A DNA stretch of 58,546 nt. It comes from a virus. Taxonomy: Duplodnaviria; Caudoviricetes. This document shows, one piece after another, positions 17,543-29,000 of the stretch. The stretch covers positions 1 through 58,546 of the IMG/VR virus record IMGVR_UViG_3300032214_001472; one strand, 5' to 3'. The notes beneath the pieces were generated by a model. That model was not told the origin of the DNA. It saw only the letters and a program-made list of their open reading frames with translations, and did no database searches. The translations under genes and the position numbers were made by a program. Each line of letters opens with the position of its first letter. Position 1 is the stretch's first letter.

Positions 17543-19883
17543 TGTAACAGAAAATATAGATGAAAGAGTTCTAAGGTTATTAGGACTTCAGGATGTTTTC
17601 GACCTAGATTATGATACTTATCTTTTATTATTAAAAGAAGAAATGGTTAAGGGCAGAATGCCCAAGAGTAGAATTCCTACAGAGGAAGTTGAAGTATTAA
17701 CCTCAGAATATAAGAGAGTTAAGAGTAAAAGGGGACTAGGACGTTTTAAAGTAAAGAAAAGAAAAATAAGCACTCAATCTTTTGGAGTTGCAGCAGTAAA
17801 TGTTGTAACCAAAAAAATCAAAAGTGAAAAGCTTCTTCCATCAAAGCAGCAGCAATTATATTTACCTCCAGGGAAATCAGTAACTGGCGAAATATCAAAA
17901 ACAGGATCTTATCTTAATGACATTTCCAAGTCTATTGGAAATATTGTAAAGATTTTAACCACAAATCTTCAAGTTGATAAGAAGAATTCTGAGAAAAGAA
18001 GAATAGAAAAAGAAAAATCTAAAAGAGAAGGAGAAGAATCCAAGTTAGAAAAGGGACTTGGGTTAGTAAAAAAAGCAGTTTCAAAAGTAATTGCTCCAGT
18101 TAAGAATATCTTATCTTCAATTATTGATTTCTTGATGAAGATGTTCTGGGCAAGAGTGACATATAAGCTTTTGGAATGGTTAGCAGATCCTAAGAATCAA
18201 GATAAATTAAAATCTGTTTTTAGATTCTTAGGTGATCACTGGCCCAAACTTCTAAGTCTTTATATAATGTTTGGAACTTCTTTTGGCAAGTTTGCCAGAG
18301 GATTGATTTCTATCGTTGTAAGAGGTGGTGCATTACTTGCTAGAGCTGCTGTAGCTTTATTAGCAAAAGCAGGTATTGGAAAAGCTGGGAAACTTGCGGG
18401 ATTCCTTGGTGGAAAATATGGAAAACTTGCAGTTGCTGGAGTTGAAACAGCAGCTACTGTTGGTGCTACCATGGCTCTCAGTGGTGGCATTGAAAAATTT
18501 ACTGGAATTGGTGGAGATAAAGGAGAAACTGCCAAGTTTGCTGGAGGAGGATTTGCAAATTTTGGATCTTTGTTTAAGGGCGGATCCGAAAATATGTTTG
18601 GATCTCTCAGTGATATGTTTGGATTTAATAAATTTAGACAGCAAACACAAGGATTAATTAGTGGCGAAAAGGGAGTTGATAAAATCCCTGCAATGCTAAG
18701 TGATGGCGAATTTGTCATGTCTCGCGGTGCGGTTCGAAAGTATGGAGTTGATACTCTTGAATCCATGAACGCTGCTGGAGGAGGTACAAATAAACCAAAG
18801 ATCGTTAAAGGTATTCCATATGCAGCTGGTGGTGGTTTAATTGCAAGCAAACCGACTAGAGTTGAAGCAGAAAGAGAATCGAAGTCTGGATTAGTTAAAC
18901 AAAACAGATCTATTGGAGAAACTTCAAGCACTCGGGGTGACTTTAGAAAAACTTATTTTGAAGAGAGATTAAAGAGAATTGAATCTCAACTTCAAGTGCA
19001 AAAGGCACTTGCATCCGGTAGAGGTATTAATATTAAAGGTTCATCATTTGGTATTCAAAGTGGAAGGGGGTTTGGTGCGACTTATGGTGGAAGAAAGTCC
19101 ATTGTTGTTCCAAATGCAGCAATGTCTGGATGGGAACCTGAGATAAACATAGGTGGCATCAGATACTTTGGACAAGCAAGAGGAAAGGATGTAGTTTATT
19201 CCTCAAATTATGCTAAAGGATCATCGGGACAAATTGATAAGTATGGAGCTGCCAATAAAACATATCGTGGCAGAGGTGGTGGACTTGTTGGTGGATTGGG
19301 ACTGAATAGTAAAAAAGATCTCCCCAAAACAAGAATCATGTCAGATGATAATGGGAAAATTTTTGTTGGGCATTTAAGATATCGTAATGGACAACCAGAA
19401 TATGCCAGAGCCCAACAAAGGGAAGGTGGAATTCTTGAAAAAATGGCTAATTTGTTGGATCCAAAAGGTGCAAGGGGAAGAGAAGAAACTCTGAATGCAA
19501 GATCAATGAGAATGACTTCCATTAGTGATCTGCAAGATTACAGAAAAAGAGGTATGGAAGAACAAAATATTAAGAAAATGATGGGAGCAAGATATAATAC
19601 TGCATCAAATGATCTAAAAGCGAGAGAACTTAGAATTAAAAATGAAAGTCAATTATCAAGAACAGCAAGTTATTCTTCAGCAAATATTATTGCAGCACAG
19701 AAAGTATCAAGAGGAGTTAAACCTCTTAATAGAAAATCATCTGTAGTTAGAACTTCAAGTTCAAAAACAAAGAATCCGTTTATGAGTAGTGGATTGCCCA
19801 ATACTCCAAATACGCCTAAGATTTCAGCTTCTCATCCAGCAGGATTTAGAAGCAAAGAAGCTACTCTTGGATTAATGAGGTAA
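17526..19883 (+). CDS. Tape-measure-like / baseplate hub protein 1
   Basis: Coiled-coil then Gly/Ala-rich amphipathic segment; FAGGG...VDKIPAMLSDGEFVM motif typical of tape measure proteins. Confidence 0.6.
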   Translation: MPNSSNVTENIDERVLRLLGLQDVFDLDYDTYLLLLKEEMVKGRMPKSRIPTEEVEVLTSEYKRVKSKRGLGRFKVKKRKISTQSFGVAAVNVVTKKIKSEKLLPSKQQQLYLPPGKSVTGEISKTGSYLNDISKSIGNIVKILTTNLQVDKKNSEKRRIEKEKSKREGEESKLEKGLGLVKKAVSKVIAPVKNILSSIIDFLMKMFWARVTYKLLEWLADPKNQDKLKSVFRFLGDHWPKLLSLYIMFGTSFGKFARGLISIVVRGGALLARAAVALLAKAGIGKAGKLAGFLGGKYGKLAVAGVETAATVGATMALSGGIEKFTGIGGDKGETAKFAGGGFANFGSLFKGGSENMFGSLSDMFGFNKFRQQTQGLISGEKGVDKIPAMLSDGEFVMSRGAVRKYGVDTLESMNAAGGGTNKPKIVKGIPYAAGGGLIASKPTRVEAERESKSGLVKQNRSIGETSSTRGDFRKTYFEERLKRIESQLQVQKALASGRGINIKGSSFGIQSGRGFGATYGGRKSIVVPNAAMSGWEPEINIGGIRYFGQARGKDVVYSSNYAKGSSGQIDKYGAANKTYRGRGGGLVGGLGLNSKKDLPKTRIMSDDNGKIFVGHLRYRNGQPEYARAQQREGGILEKMANLLDPKGARGREETLNARSMRMTSISDLQDYRKRGMEEQNIKKMMGARYNTASNDLKARELRIKNESQLSRTASYSSANIIAAQKVSRGVKPLNRKSSVVRTSSSKTKNPFMSSGLPNTPNTPKISASHPAGFRSKEATLGLMR

Positions 19884-19888
19884 TATAA

Positions 19889-22800
19889 ATGGCAATTAAT
19901 GTAGGAAAATTATTACCACCATCTAAGTCTGGCAATATTGTTTCTAGAGATATTGCCAAAAGAATGGCATCTCCAGTAGATGATTTTTCTATGGATAAAC
20001 CATCTCTAAATCCAGCAAAAAATCGTCCCAATCAAATATTAGTAATTAGAACTCAAGTTATTAAAATTGAAAATCTTGTTAAAAGAAAATATGTTGAAGA
20101 TACAAAAAAACAAAAGGAAGAAAATAAATCAAAAGAAGAATATAAAAGAAGGAAAAGAGAAGAAAAATTAGAAGAAAAACCAAGAGAAAACGAAAAATTA
20201 CCAAACAATCTTCGACTACCAAAGATTGGATTTTTGGATGGTATTAAAAATTTCATAGTGAATATGATTCTTGGGTTCGTTGCCTTTAGACTCATAGAAT
20301 ATCTCCCAGCAATAGCTAAATTCGCAAAAGTTTTAGCACCTGCTGTTGATTTCTTTATTGATTTTAGTGGCAAGTTGTTGAATGGATTAGTTAGTTTTGT
20401 AGATTGGGGGTATAAAGCTTACGATTCAACTCGTAAACAATTATCTACTTTTGGTGGAGAAAACTTTACTAAAATATTTGATACCTTTAATGGTGCTGTT
20501 GGAAAAGTAATTGAAGCAGCCATTACAACTGCAATTGTATTAGGTAATCAAGGTGATGGTGGAGTCTTTGATATTGGTAGAGATATTGTTAAAGATAGAC
20601 TTCTACAAAAAGGAGCCCAGCAAGCAGCAACTACTGCTGCTGGACAAGCTGCAGGACAGGCATCTGGTATTGGTGCAGGTGCTGCTGGTGCGATTGTTGC
20701 TGGTGCTGGATTGTTGGCATCTGCAATTGGAGAAGGTGCCTTTCAACTTAAAAAACTTGGCAGATCTCAAGAAGAAAAGCAAAGAAAAGCATTTGAAAAA
20801 GAAAAGAATCCTCTGCTGAAGGGAATCCTATGGTTGGGATACCAGCAAGGTAGATTTGGAAACTTCATGCTTGGAAATATTGGAGTTCTTCTTGATATTG
20901 TTGGTGCGCCTTTCCGATATGCCATTGAGTTAATTCGATATCCATTCCTATCAGCAAAGGATAAAGAAAATCAGAAAACAAATCTTGGTAAACTTGATGC
21001 CAGAATTCGTGATCAATTTAGAGAGAATCTGAACAATGTAACCTCAATGTTTGGGGTTCAACTCAAAGAAGGATCCTTTGGTAGTTTGTATGGCAATAAA
21101 GCAACAAACGATATGTATGGCAATAAAATGGCTGGTGGTGGGCAACCAATTACTAGAGGTGGTAGAGTTGTTGGTGGTAGAACTTCAAGGAAATATAAAA
21201 AGCCTACAAGTATAACAAGGCAAATACAAACTCAACCAACAAAATTAAAATCTGGAAAGGATGTTGGGGGAGAAAAGAAGATTGAAAAAGTATTTCCAAA
21301 ATCTCCAAATAAAGATTTTATAAGTCCTCTTGGTTATCTTGAGGAATCTTATGCTACAACTAGCAAAATTCCATTTTTCGGACCCTTATTTGGAATTGCT
21401 ACTAAGGTTATTCTTGGAGAAAAACCAAATTCAGTAGATTATAAGAACGTTGGAGTCGGATTAAATTCTTGGATCAATACTACTTTTAGTGGTGAAGTAT
21501 TAAGAACTGGTGGTGCTTTTGCTGGCGGTGGCGAAGTAAATGCAGAGATGTTTATGAAAGGTGAGGATTTAACAAATGTAATTGCAAAATCAGTTCAAGA
21601 GAGTGTATCATCAAAAATTGATGATACCATTAATGAATTAATGAAGCAATTGATGCTAAAAGAAATTGAAAAAAAATCTGGAGTAGAAGGAAAAGATCAG
21701 CCTACAGGAGAAGGAGATATTTTACAGGGAACAACATCAGGAGAATATGGACCCATTTTAGATTTAATTGCTAGCGTTGAGGCAGTTGGTGGATATGATG
21801 TAGTTAATGGTGGCAAGATAGACGGACTCAGTAAAATGACAATTTCTCAAGCTAGACAAGCTGCATTGAGAAGTGGTGGATCTGGTGCTATGGGAAGATA
21901 TCAACAGATGCCTCAATTTGTTTTGAGTAGAGCAAGATCTGTTGGATTAAATCCAGATACAGATCTCTTTAATGAAGAAAATCAGAATAAATTGGCAATA
22001 CTTTTAATTGATGGTGCTGGTTATAAGAGATGGAAATCTGGTGAAATGAGCACCGAACAGTTTGCTCATAACTTATCAGCAACTTGGAGAGGATTACCAG
22101 AAGGTCCTAGTAATTTGACATATCAGGATCAATACGCTTCTGGAAATAAAGCCCATACCAGCTGGGCAAATGTTATGGCAACTTTAAGTGCGGTAAAGAG
22201 TGGAAAAATATCTGGAGGACAATTGGGTGGAGGTATATTAGGAACTGGAAGACTTAGTGCTGTTGATCAGTTTACTTCAATCGCAAGTAAATTTGGATTA
22301 CAAATGACTAGCGATTACAGATCTGGTGATCGTGGATATCATGGAAAAAACAGGGCAAGAGATTATTCCAATGATACTGTTGGTAATGGAACACCTCAGC
22401 AATTGGCATTCGCAAAACATTTGATATCGACTTATGGTTCTTCTCTAACCCAATTAATTTACACTCCTCTTGGATTTGGTATTGCCAATGGTAAAAAAGT
22501 TCCCCTATCTTATTGGGGCGAAAAAACAAATGCTGGGCATTATAACCATGTTCACGTTGCTCTTGCAAAAGGTGGACTTGTTGGTGGTGTTACTTATGCA
22601 ATGCTTGGTGAAAGAGGTAGAGAATTTGTATTAGATTCTAATACAACAGAGGCATTAAGAGGTTCTCTTCCTGGATTCCTTGAAGCATTGAACTCTGCAA
22701 AAAATGTCTCAGGAGCTTTAGCGGTAATTCAATCATATATGTCATATGATGATGGATCTCCTCAAAACATTATTATTGAAGATGATTCATCTCAAGATAT

Positions 22801-22909
22801 GGACTATCCCTTTATGGGTGGACAAAAACTTGTTCCAATTGCCATGGGTGGTATGGGTGGATCAAGTGGACATGATCATTTTGAAATTCTTGATCGCTTA
22901 CCTGGGTAA
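19889..22909 (+). CDS. Tape-measure-like protein 2 with lysozyme-like and M15-like peptidase domains
   Basis: Same overall architecture as 17526; LDLIASVE...AMGRYQ...ENQNKLA (lambda-lysozyme-like); TSDYR...H...ARD...HYNHVHVA (Zn peptidase); LGERGREFV. Confidence 0.62.
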   Translation: MAINVGKLLPPSKSGNIVSRDIAKRMASPVDDFSMDKPSLNPAKNRPNQILVIRTQVIKIENLVKRKYVEDTKKQKEENKSKEEYKRRKREEKLEEKPRENEKLPNNLRLPKIGFLDGIKNFIVNMILGFVAFRLIEYLPAIAKFAKVLAPAVDFFIDFSGKLLNGLVSFVDWGYKAYDSTRKQLSTFGGENFTKIFDTFNGAVGKVIEAAITTAIVLGNQGDGGVFDIGRDIVKDRLLQKGAQQAATTAAGQAAGQASGIGAGAAGAIVAGAGLLASAIGEGAFQLKKLGRSQEEKQRKAFEKEKNPLLKGILWLGYQQGRFGNFMLGNIGVLLDIVGAPFRYAIELIRYPFLSAKDKENQKTNLGKLDARIRDQFRENLNNVTSMFGVQLKEGSFGSLYGNKATNDMYGNKMAGGGQPITRGGRVVGGRTSRKYKKPTSITRQIQTQPTKLKSGKDVGGEKKIEKVFPKSPNKDFISPLGYLEESYATTSKIPFFGPLFGIATKVILGEKPNSVDYKNVGVGLNSWINTTFSGEVLRTGGAFAGGGEVNAEMFMKGEDLTNVIAKSVQESVSSKIDDTINELMKQLMLKEIEKKSGVEGKDQPTGEGDILQGTTSGEYGPILDLIASVEAVGGYDVVNGGKIDGLSKMTISQARQAALRSGGSGAMGRYQQMPQFVLSRARSVGLNPDTDLFNEENQNKLAILLIDGAGYKRWKSGEMSTEQFAHNLSATWRGLPEGPSNLTYQDQYASGNKAHTSWANVMATLSAVKSGKISGGQLGGGILGTGRLSAVDQFTSIASKFGLQMTSDYRSGDRGYHGKNRARDYSNDTVGNGTPQQLAFAKHLISTYGSSLTQLIYTPLGFGIANGKKVPLSYWGEKTNAGHYNHVHVALAKGGLVGGVTYAMLGERGREFVLDSNTTEALRGSLPGFLEALNSAKNVSGALAVIQSYMSYDDGSPQNIIIEDDSSQDMDYPFMGGQKLVPIAMGGMGGSSGHDHFEILDRLPG

Positions 22910-22926
22910 ATACAAATAAAAATAAA

Positions 22927-24237
22927 ATGTCGAATCCATTAATTTCAAAATCAGCTTCATCTTCAAATATAGTTACCTGTAAAGTATATGGTAATGAAGG
23001 TGGGGAGGTGAATTTAATACCAGGAATATTTGAGTTAAAATATTATGAAAGTATTCTTCAGGATAGTGTTAAAGTTACTATAATCTACGTTGATTCTAAG
23101 GGAAGTATTAACGATACAACTGTTCTCGAAGGACTACCACTCGTAGGACAGGAAAGAGTAGAGATAGAAATTGTTGATAATGTAGAAGGAAAAAAGAAAG
23201 TAACTTTATATGTAAATTCTGTACATCCACAATATAATGATTATAATAAGCAAATGGTTGCCCTTGACTTAGTTTCAAGGGAATACATTTTAAATGAACA
23301 AGTTAGAGTTAGAAAGAGATACGATGGAAAATTATCGGATCATGTAAGAAGAATACTTACAGATGCTCCACCATTTGGATTGCAGACACAAAAAAATATT
23401 GATATCGAACAAACTGTAAATCTTTATAACTTTTTGGGGAACAATAAAAAACCACTGTATGTCTGTACTTGGCTGTCAAAGAAATCTATTCCATCGACAG
23501 GTGGAGGTAAAGGAGAAACTGCTGGATACTTCTTCTTTGAAACTGATTCTGGATTTAAGTATAAGTCTATAGATTCTTTGATGAAGCAAGAACCAAAAAC
23601 AAAATTAATATACAACACTAGTACAGATGGTGGGGGTACAAAAATTCCACCAGGATATGATGGAAAAATTGTAGATTACAATGTTGATTCTGCAGTTAGT
23701 AATATCTCCAAAAAAATGAAGATGGGACTTTTCAATACAAAGATTGTAAAGTTTGATCCCTTTACTTGCTATTATGAGATTATTAATAAGCAATCTTCAG
23801 ATTCATATGAAACTGGAGGAAAAAAGCTTCCAAAATTAAATGATAAGGAGTTTCCAAACAAAGAAAATAATGCAGCAACAAAAACTTCATACGTTTTGAT
23901 TGATACTGGAAGTTTGCCCACTGGAAATACTCAACAACAAATTAAAAAATCCCAAGATAAAAATCTTGAAGAAAGTGATATACTTAATCAATCTACAATG
24001 AGATATAATAATTTGTTTTCTTCTAAAGCAAGTATAACAATTCCTGGATTATTTAAATTGAGTGCTGGCGATACTATTTTTATTGATAGTCCTAAGATTG
24101 AAAATTCAGAAAATCCTGATGTCAATCAACAGTATGGGGGAAAATATCTAATTTCTGATATTTGTCATTATATTACACAAAGAGAAACATATACGAGTGC
24201 AAATCTTGTAAGAGAATCTTTTGGTAGACAGGTATAA
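22927..24237 (+). CDS. Baseplate hub protein (gp27-like)
   Basis: YYESI, GYFFFET..GFKYKSIDSL, LSAGD.I, GKYLISDICH; lies upstream of gp5. Confidence 0.65.
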   Translation: MSNPLISKSASSSNIVTCKVYGNEGGEVNLIPGIFELKYYESILQDSVKVTIIYVDSKGSINDTTVLEGLPLVGQERVEIEIVDNVEGKKKVTLYVNSVHPQYNDYNKQMVALDLVSREYILNEQVRVRKRYDGKLSDHVRRILTDAPPFGLQTQKNIDIEQTVNLYNFLGNNKKPLYVCTWLSKKSIPSTGGGKGETAGYFFFETDSGFKYKSIDSLMKQEPKTKLIYNTSTDGGGTKIPPGYDGKIVDYNVDSAVSNISKKMKMGLFNTKIVKFDPFTCYYEIINKQSSDSYETGGKKLPKLNDKEFPNKENNAATKTSYVLIDTGSLPTGNTQQQIKKSQDKNLEESDILNQSTMRYNNLFSSKASITIPGLFKLSAGDTIFIDSPKIENSENPDVNQQYGGKYLISDICHYITQRETYTSANLVRESFGRQV

Positions 24238-24267
24238 TAAATAATATTGACATTTTTGCGTGTTCCC

Positions 24268-24483
24268 ATGGATCGAACACTTCAGCAACATATTAATGAC
24301 GATAAAAATGAATTGGATAATCCAAATACCAGTTCTCAACGTCGTCGTCATTTAGAGGATGAACTTGGTTCTCTGCAAAATTATCAGACAAATCATCCCA
24401 ATGATGATCACGATCCTACAGCATTGGAACTTTATTGTGATGAGAATCCAGAAGCACTAGAATGTAGAATTTATGAGGATTAA
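24268..24483 (+). CDS. cp12: CP12 Calvin-cycle inhibitor (phage type)
   Basis: C-terminal LELYCDENPEALECRIYED CP12 motif. Confidence 0.85.
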   Translation: MDRTLQQHINDDKNELDNPNTSSQRRRHLEDELGSLQNYQTNHPNDDHDPTALELYCDENPEALECRIYED

Positions 24484-25997
24484 TGGAAGAAAGTTCTTTA
24501 TATAATCCAGGGTTCCTGGGATCAGGTGGTTTTCATTGGTGGGTTGGGCAAATTGCTAGTGATGATACCTGGAGAGACAACATGCTCCCAGGAAAATATG
24601 CTAGGAAAGATCAAACTCCTGGATGGGGACGTAGGTATAAAGTAAGAATTATAGGACTTCACGATCAAGAGGAAACTACAATTCCTTCTGATCAACTTCC
24701 CTGGGCTCAAGTGATGTATCCCATCACTAGTGGTGGTGGACAGTCTAATGCTGGAGCTACATCACAATTAAGACAGGGTAATTTTGTTTTTGGATTTTTC
24801 TTAGATGGACAGGAGCAACAGGTTCCTGTTATCATGGGAGTTCTTGGCAGTAATGTACAAACTGCACTAGGAACTAAGATAGGGACTACAAAGACAAACT
24901 ATTCCTCAACTAGTGGATTTGCTACTCCTGCAAGTGGGAATAAAGATCCTTATATCAAAGTTCCTGATGAAGGATTAACCGTTGATAGATCGGAAGGAGT
25001 AACTAAGGAAAATGTTGATGCTGTTCATCAACAAAGTAACGCAGATACTAAAAGGAATGATCTCTATTTAAAGAAGACTGTATTAGTAAACATATGTGAT
25101 TTTCCTGGATCTGCCATGAAGGCGATTCAAACTATTATAGATGAACTTACTAAAGATGTTGATAAAATTTTGCAGGCAGCACAAAACTATATTGATGCAG
25201 TATCGACAGTTGTATCTGATATACAAAGACTGATATCAAATGCCGCCTGTGAAATTGCAAAGTACATGAAGATATTGTTTGATAAGTTAATGGAGTTTAT
25301 CTTAAAGACAACAAATAAATCATTAGCGCCAACAGTTGATTTACTTCAACCAAATCAAAGAAATCAATATTTTGATATTAAAAATACTTTCACAGAAATA
25401 ATCACCTGCATCTTTAACAATATTCTCAATAGTCTTTGCGGACAAATCCAACAGCAACTTGAAGAATCTATTAACATTAAAGATACTTATCCTTCAAATG
25501 GATCTCAAGCTGAAGAGTTTTCCAATAAAAAACCAAACGGATCTGGATATGCGACAAATACTCCCATATGCTCTGTAGAAAACTTAGTTGCAAAAGTAGT
25601 ATCTCAGAATAGCCAGGTAATTACCGAATCTGTAGATTCTTTCTTGACAAATATTAATGAATTTCTATCAGATATTCAGCAAGCTTTAGGAGAAGCTGGA
25701 CAATTTCTTTCTTCTATCAATCAAATTATTAGTAGCATTAGTTCATCAATTAGTGCTGCCTTAAATTTCATAAACACTAAACCAACTTTCTTTGGTTGTG
25801 ATTTGATGCCAGACTGTGCGGTATCTGATTACTATCAAATTCAATCTGGAGGAACTGCTGCAACTGAGTGTAATATCCCATTACTATCAAATATTGACGC
25901 TTCATTGCCTAAGTTTAGTGGTATTTCTGCTCCATCTTTTGGTGATGCTGATTTTGCAACACCATTTAGCAATCAAATTGATCTTAAGCTTTGCTAA
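24483..25997 (+). CDS. gp5: Baseplate central spike gp5, N-terminal OB-fold part (no lysozyme domain seen)
   Basis: WWVGQI, RYKVRIIGLH, LPWAQVM, GNFVFGFFLDG...Q.PVIMG. Confidence 0.8.
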   Translation: MEESSLYNPGFLGSGGFHWWVGQIASDDTWRDNMLPGKYARKDQTPGWGRRYKVRIIGLHDQEETTIPSDQLPWAQVMYPITSGGGQSNAGATSQLRQGNFVFGFFLDGQEQQVPVIMGVLGSNVQTALGTKIGTTKTNYSSTSGFATPASGNKDPYIKVPDEGLTVDRSEGVTKENVDAVHQQSNADTKRNDLYLKKTVLVNICDFPGSAMKAIQTIIDELTKDVDKILQAAQNYIDAVSTVVSDIQRLISNAACEIAKYMKILFDKLMEFILKTTNKSLAPTVDLLQPNQRNQYFDIKNTFTEIITCIFNNILNSLCGQIQQQLEESINIKDTYPSNGSQAEEFSNKKPNGSGYATNTPICSVENLVAKVVSQNSQVITESVDSFLTNINEFLSDIQQALGEAGQFLSSINQIISSISSSISAALNFINTKPTFFGCDLMPDCAVSDYYQIQSGGTAATECNIPLLSNIDASLPKFSGISAPSFGDADFATPFSNQIDLKLC

Positions 25998-26038
25998 TAA
26001 ATAATTTTAATAACAGAAGAGAATTGATATAATACACA

Positions 26039-29000
26039 ATGCCAAGCAATTTTAATGCTCCACTAAATAGAGATCAAATTAAAATTGGATATATAGATCC
26101 TAAATTAGGATTTGTTGATGGAGTTTCTATTTGTGAAGCAAATAATTATGCGCAAAAAAATCCAGGCACTACCTTTATTGTTAGAAAAAATAGAGGAAAA
26201 ATTGAGTTTCTAACCATTAATGAAGTTAATAGATTAAATACTGATATTTTAGTAACAGATACCAATAGTTGTCCTGGAATACAAACCTTCAAAGAATGTG
26301 GACCTCCAACAATTAATTTCTTTGGTGGAGGAGGAATTGCTGCAGCAGGAAATCCAATTATAGGTTCAGATGGAGCTATTCTTGGAGTAGACTTAATTTC
26401 TGGGGGATATGGATATCAATATGCTCCACTTATTGGTGTGCAGGATGATTGTTATTATGGTAGTGGAAGCAAACTCGTAGCTGTTCTAGGAACAACTGTT
26501 GATGAATATGAAGTCTTTACTGATGAAGAAGACTTTGAGGAGTATGAAATATGTGATGATACTGAAGAAGGATATGGGACACGATGGGGTCCTAATGGGG
26601 AAGACTTAGGATCTTGGGATCCTACAAAATACACCAACACGTATGAGGATCCTATTAGAAAGGAGATTGAGAAATATCAAAAATATTTACTGTCAGAAAA
26701 TAATCCATTCTTTACAACAAGAAAAAATAAACCTTATTCTATTACGTCATCAAAGGGACAGACATTTTCAAATAAAATTGATGTAATTTGTCCAGCTAAT
26801 ATAAAAAAACCTGATGGTTCCTCTGCATGGAGTTCTTTCATGAACACCTATGCAATTTCTCCTGTTCCCCCATCAGATACTCCAGGAAGTGATTATGCGA
26901 ATGTAACCTTTAATATTGAGTATAATTTAGAGTTTCCATATGATGGAGATTATATTTTTAGAGGATCTTGTGATAATGAAGGAAAACTTTATATTGATGA
27001 TAATTTAGTTGGTGATTTACAAGGATTTGCAAATAGTCCAACAACGATTCAAAAAAAATATAATCGTGGAAAGCATAGCGTTAAGTTAGAATTAACCAAT
27101 AAACCTCTTCCATCATCACCAAAATCCACTGAGATTGTTGATTTTACAGTCTATGGACAGGGTGGAAGCACAAATACATTGGCATTCTCTTTTGTTTCTG
27201 AAGATGGTAAAGATTCTTTCACAATTAATGGGGCAAGAAAATCGAAGGAAACTAGAGTAGAAAAAATCAAGATACGTCCTGGAGTCCGTTATAAAGTAAC
27301 CTCAAAGGAAAATAATACAAAGTATAGAGTCACTGAGCAGGGATTAATTCAGCAAGGAACAAAAAATACTGAAGGTGGACTTGGAAGTTCAAATAAAATC
27401 TTTGCGGATTATACTGGATCCGCTAATGATAATGATGATATACAAGTTACTTCAAATCTTGGAAGATTTTTTTCAAGCAATAAAAGAAAAGCAAAAGGGG
27501 AAAACAAAAGAAGCACTTACGATCTTGTTTATGTTTATGATCCATCCACAGATACTCCATTACAAACTCCATTATTGGGAGTAATTGAAAACTCTTGGAA
27601 TCAAAATCCAATGGGAGTTTCTTTAACTATTGAATCTCCAAAAGCACCTATTCCTAAAGAACCTTTACCAACTCAAGAAGGTCCTTGTCCACCAAATCCT
27701 TTCTGGACGACTAGATTTCCTGGTGCGGCACAACAATGGTATCCTGTAGTTTATACTGCAGGAAATGCATGGAGTAAATTTACGAATCGCTATGCATTAT
27801 CTCCAGTTCCACCTTTAGACACTCCTGGTAGTGATAGAGCAGGTTTAACTTTTAAGAATTCTTGGACAATTGATGTTCCTTATGATGGTTACTATGGATT
27901 CAAAGGAACTGCAGATAATAAAGGAAAACTCTTTGTTGATGGTGAAAAGATAATAGATCTGCAGGGATTCAGAAACAATAACCCAACGATAACGAAGAAG
28001 TTTATAAGAAAAGGAAAGCATACTATAGAAATTGAGGTTTATAATCAACCAATAATTACGACAACAAATGTAAATCAAAAAATCTTTAGTACTAAAGATT
28101 GGCAATCTGCTTTACCTAAAGATACTGAGATTGATTTTACTGTCTATGGACAGGGTGGAAAAACTGACAACCTAGCCTTTACTTTTGTATCGGAAGATGG
28201 AAGACACACCTTTACTATCAATGGAGCACAAAAATCAAAACAAACTAGAGTTGAAAAGATTACCATATTGCCAAATGTAAATTATAAGGTAACTGCAAAA
28301 TCTGATTTAAAAGTCTTTAAATATTCTGAACAAGGATTAATTCAACAGGGAACAAAAAATAAAGAGGGTAGCATAGGAACTTCAAATAAAATCTTTGCAG
28401 ATCATATTGGATCCGCAAATGACAATAATGATATTCAGATTACTACAAATAGGGGATTATTTACTTCAAGTAATAAAAGAAAAGCGCCTAGTGGAAGAAG
28501 CACATATGATTTGATTTTCCGTTACGATTCTTCCTCTACAGTTTCTGCAAATCAAACAAGCACTTCTCAAATTACTTATCAAGGTCCAACTCTGTTCCAC
28601 CATATTCAGACTACTGGTGGTTCAAACGGAAAAGGTTGGGGAAGTTTTATGAATGATTATTCCGTTTCTCCAAAAGTTTTCAGAAGTATTTCTGACTCTG
28701 ACAGAAGAATTAACGGATTGCACACTTTGACTTGGAAAAATGTTACTTTCCCTGAGAGTGGTGATTATGATATCAAATTCCAAGCAGATAATATTGCTAT
28801 TTTAAAAATTGGTAATAAAGAAGTTCAAAGAACAACAAGTTTCTTTGGTGATCCTAATTTAATCAAAACTTATGTCTCAAAAGGATCTTATGATATTACA
28901 ATTGAACTTACAAATATTCCCGACAGAACAAATATATTTAAAAATAATCCAACAGGTGCAGCTCTCTTAATAGAAAGAATTGTAAATGTATCTGAAGCAT

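Noticed and set aside
18260-18931. 223-aa antisense ORF and the many other short antisense/overlapping ORFs in the track
   Set aside because: Pro-rich mirror images of Gly-rich sense genes, with no motifs or initiation signals.
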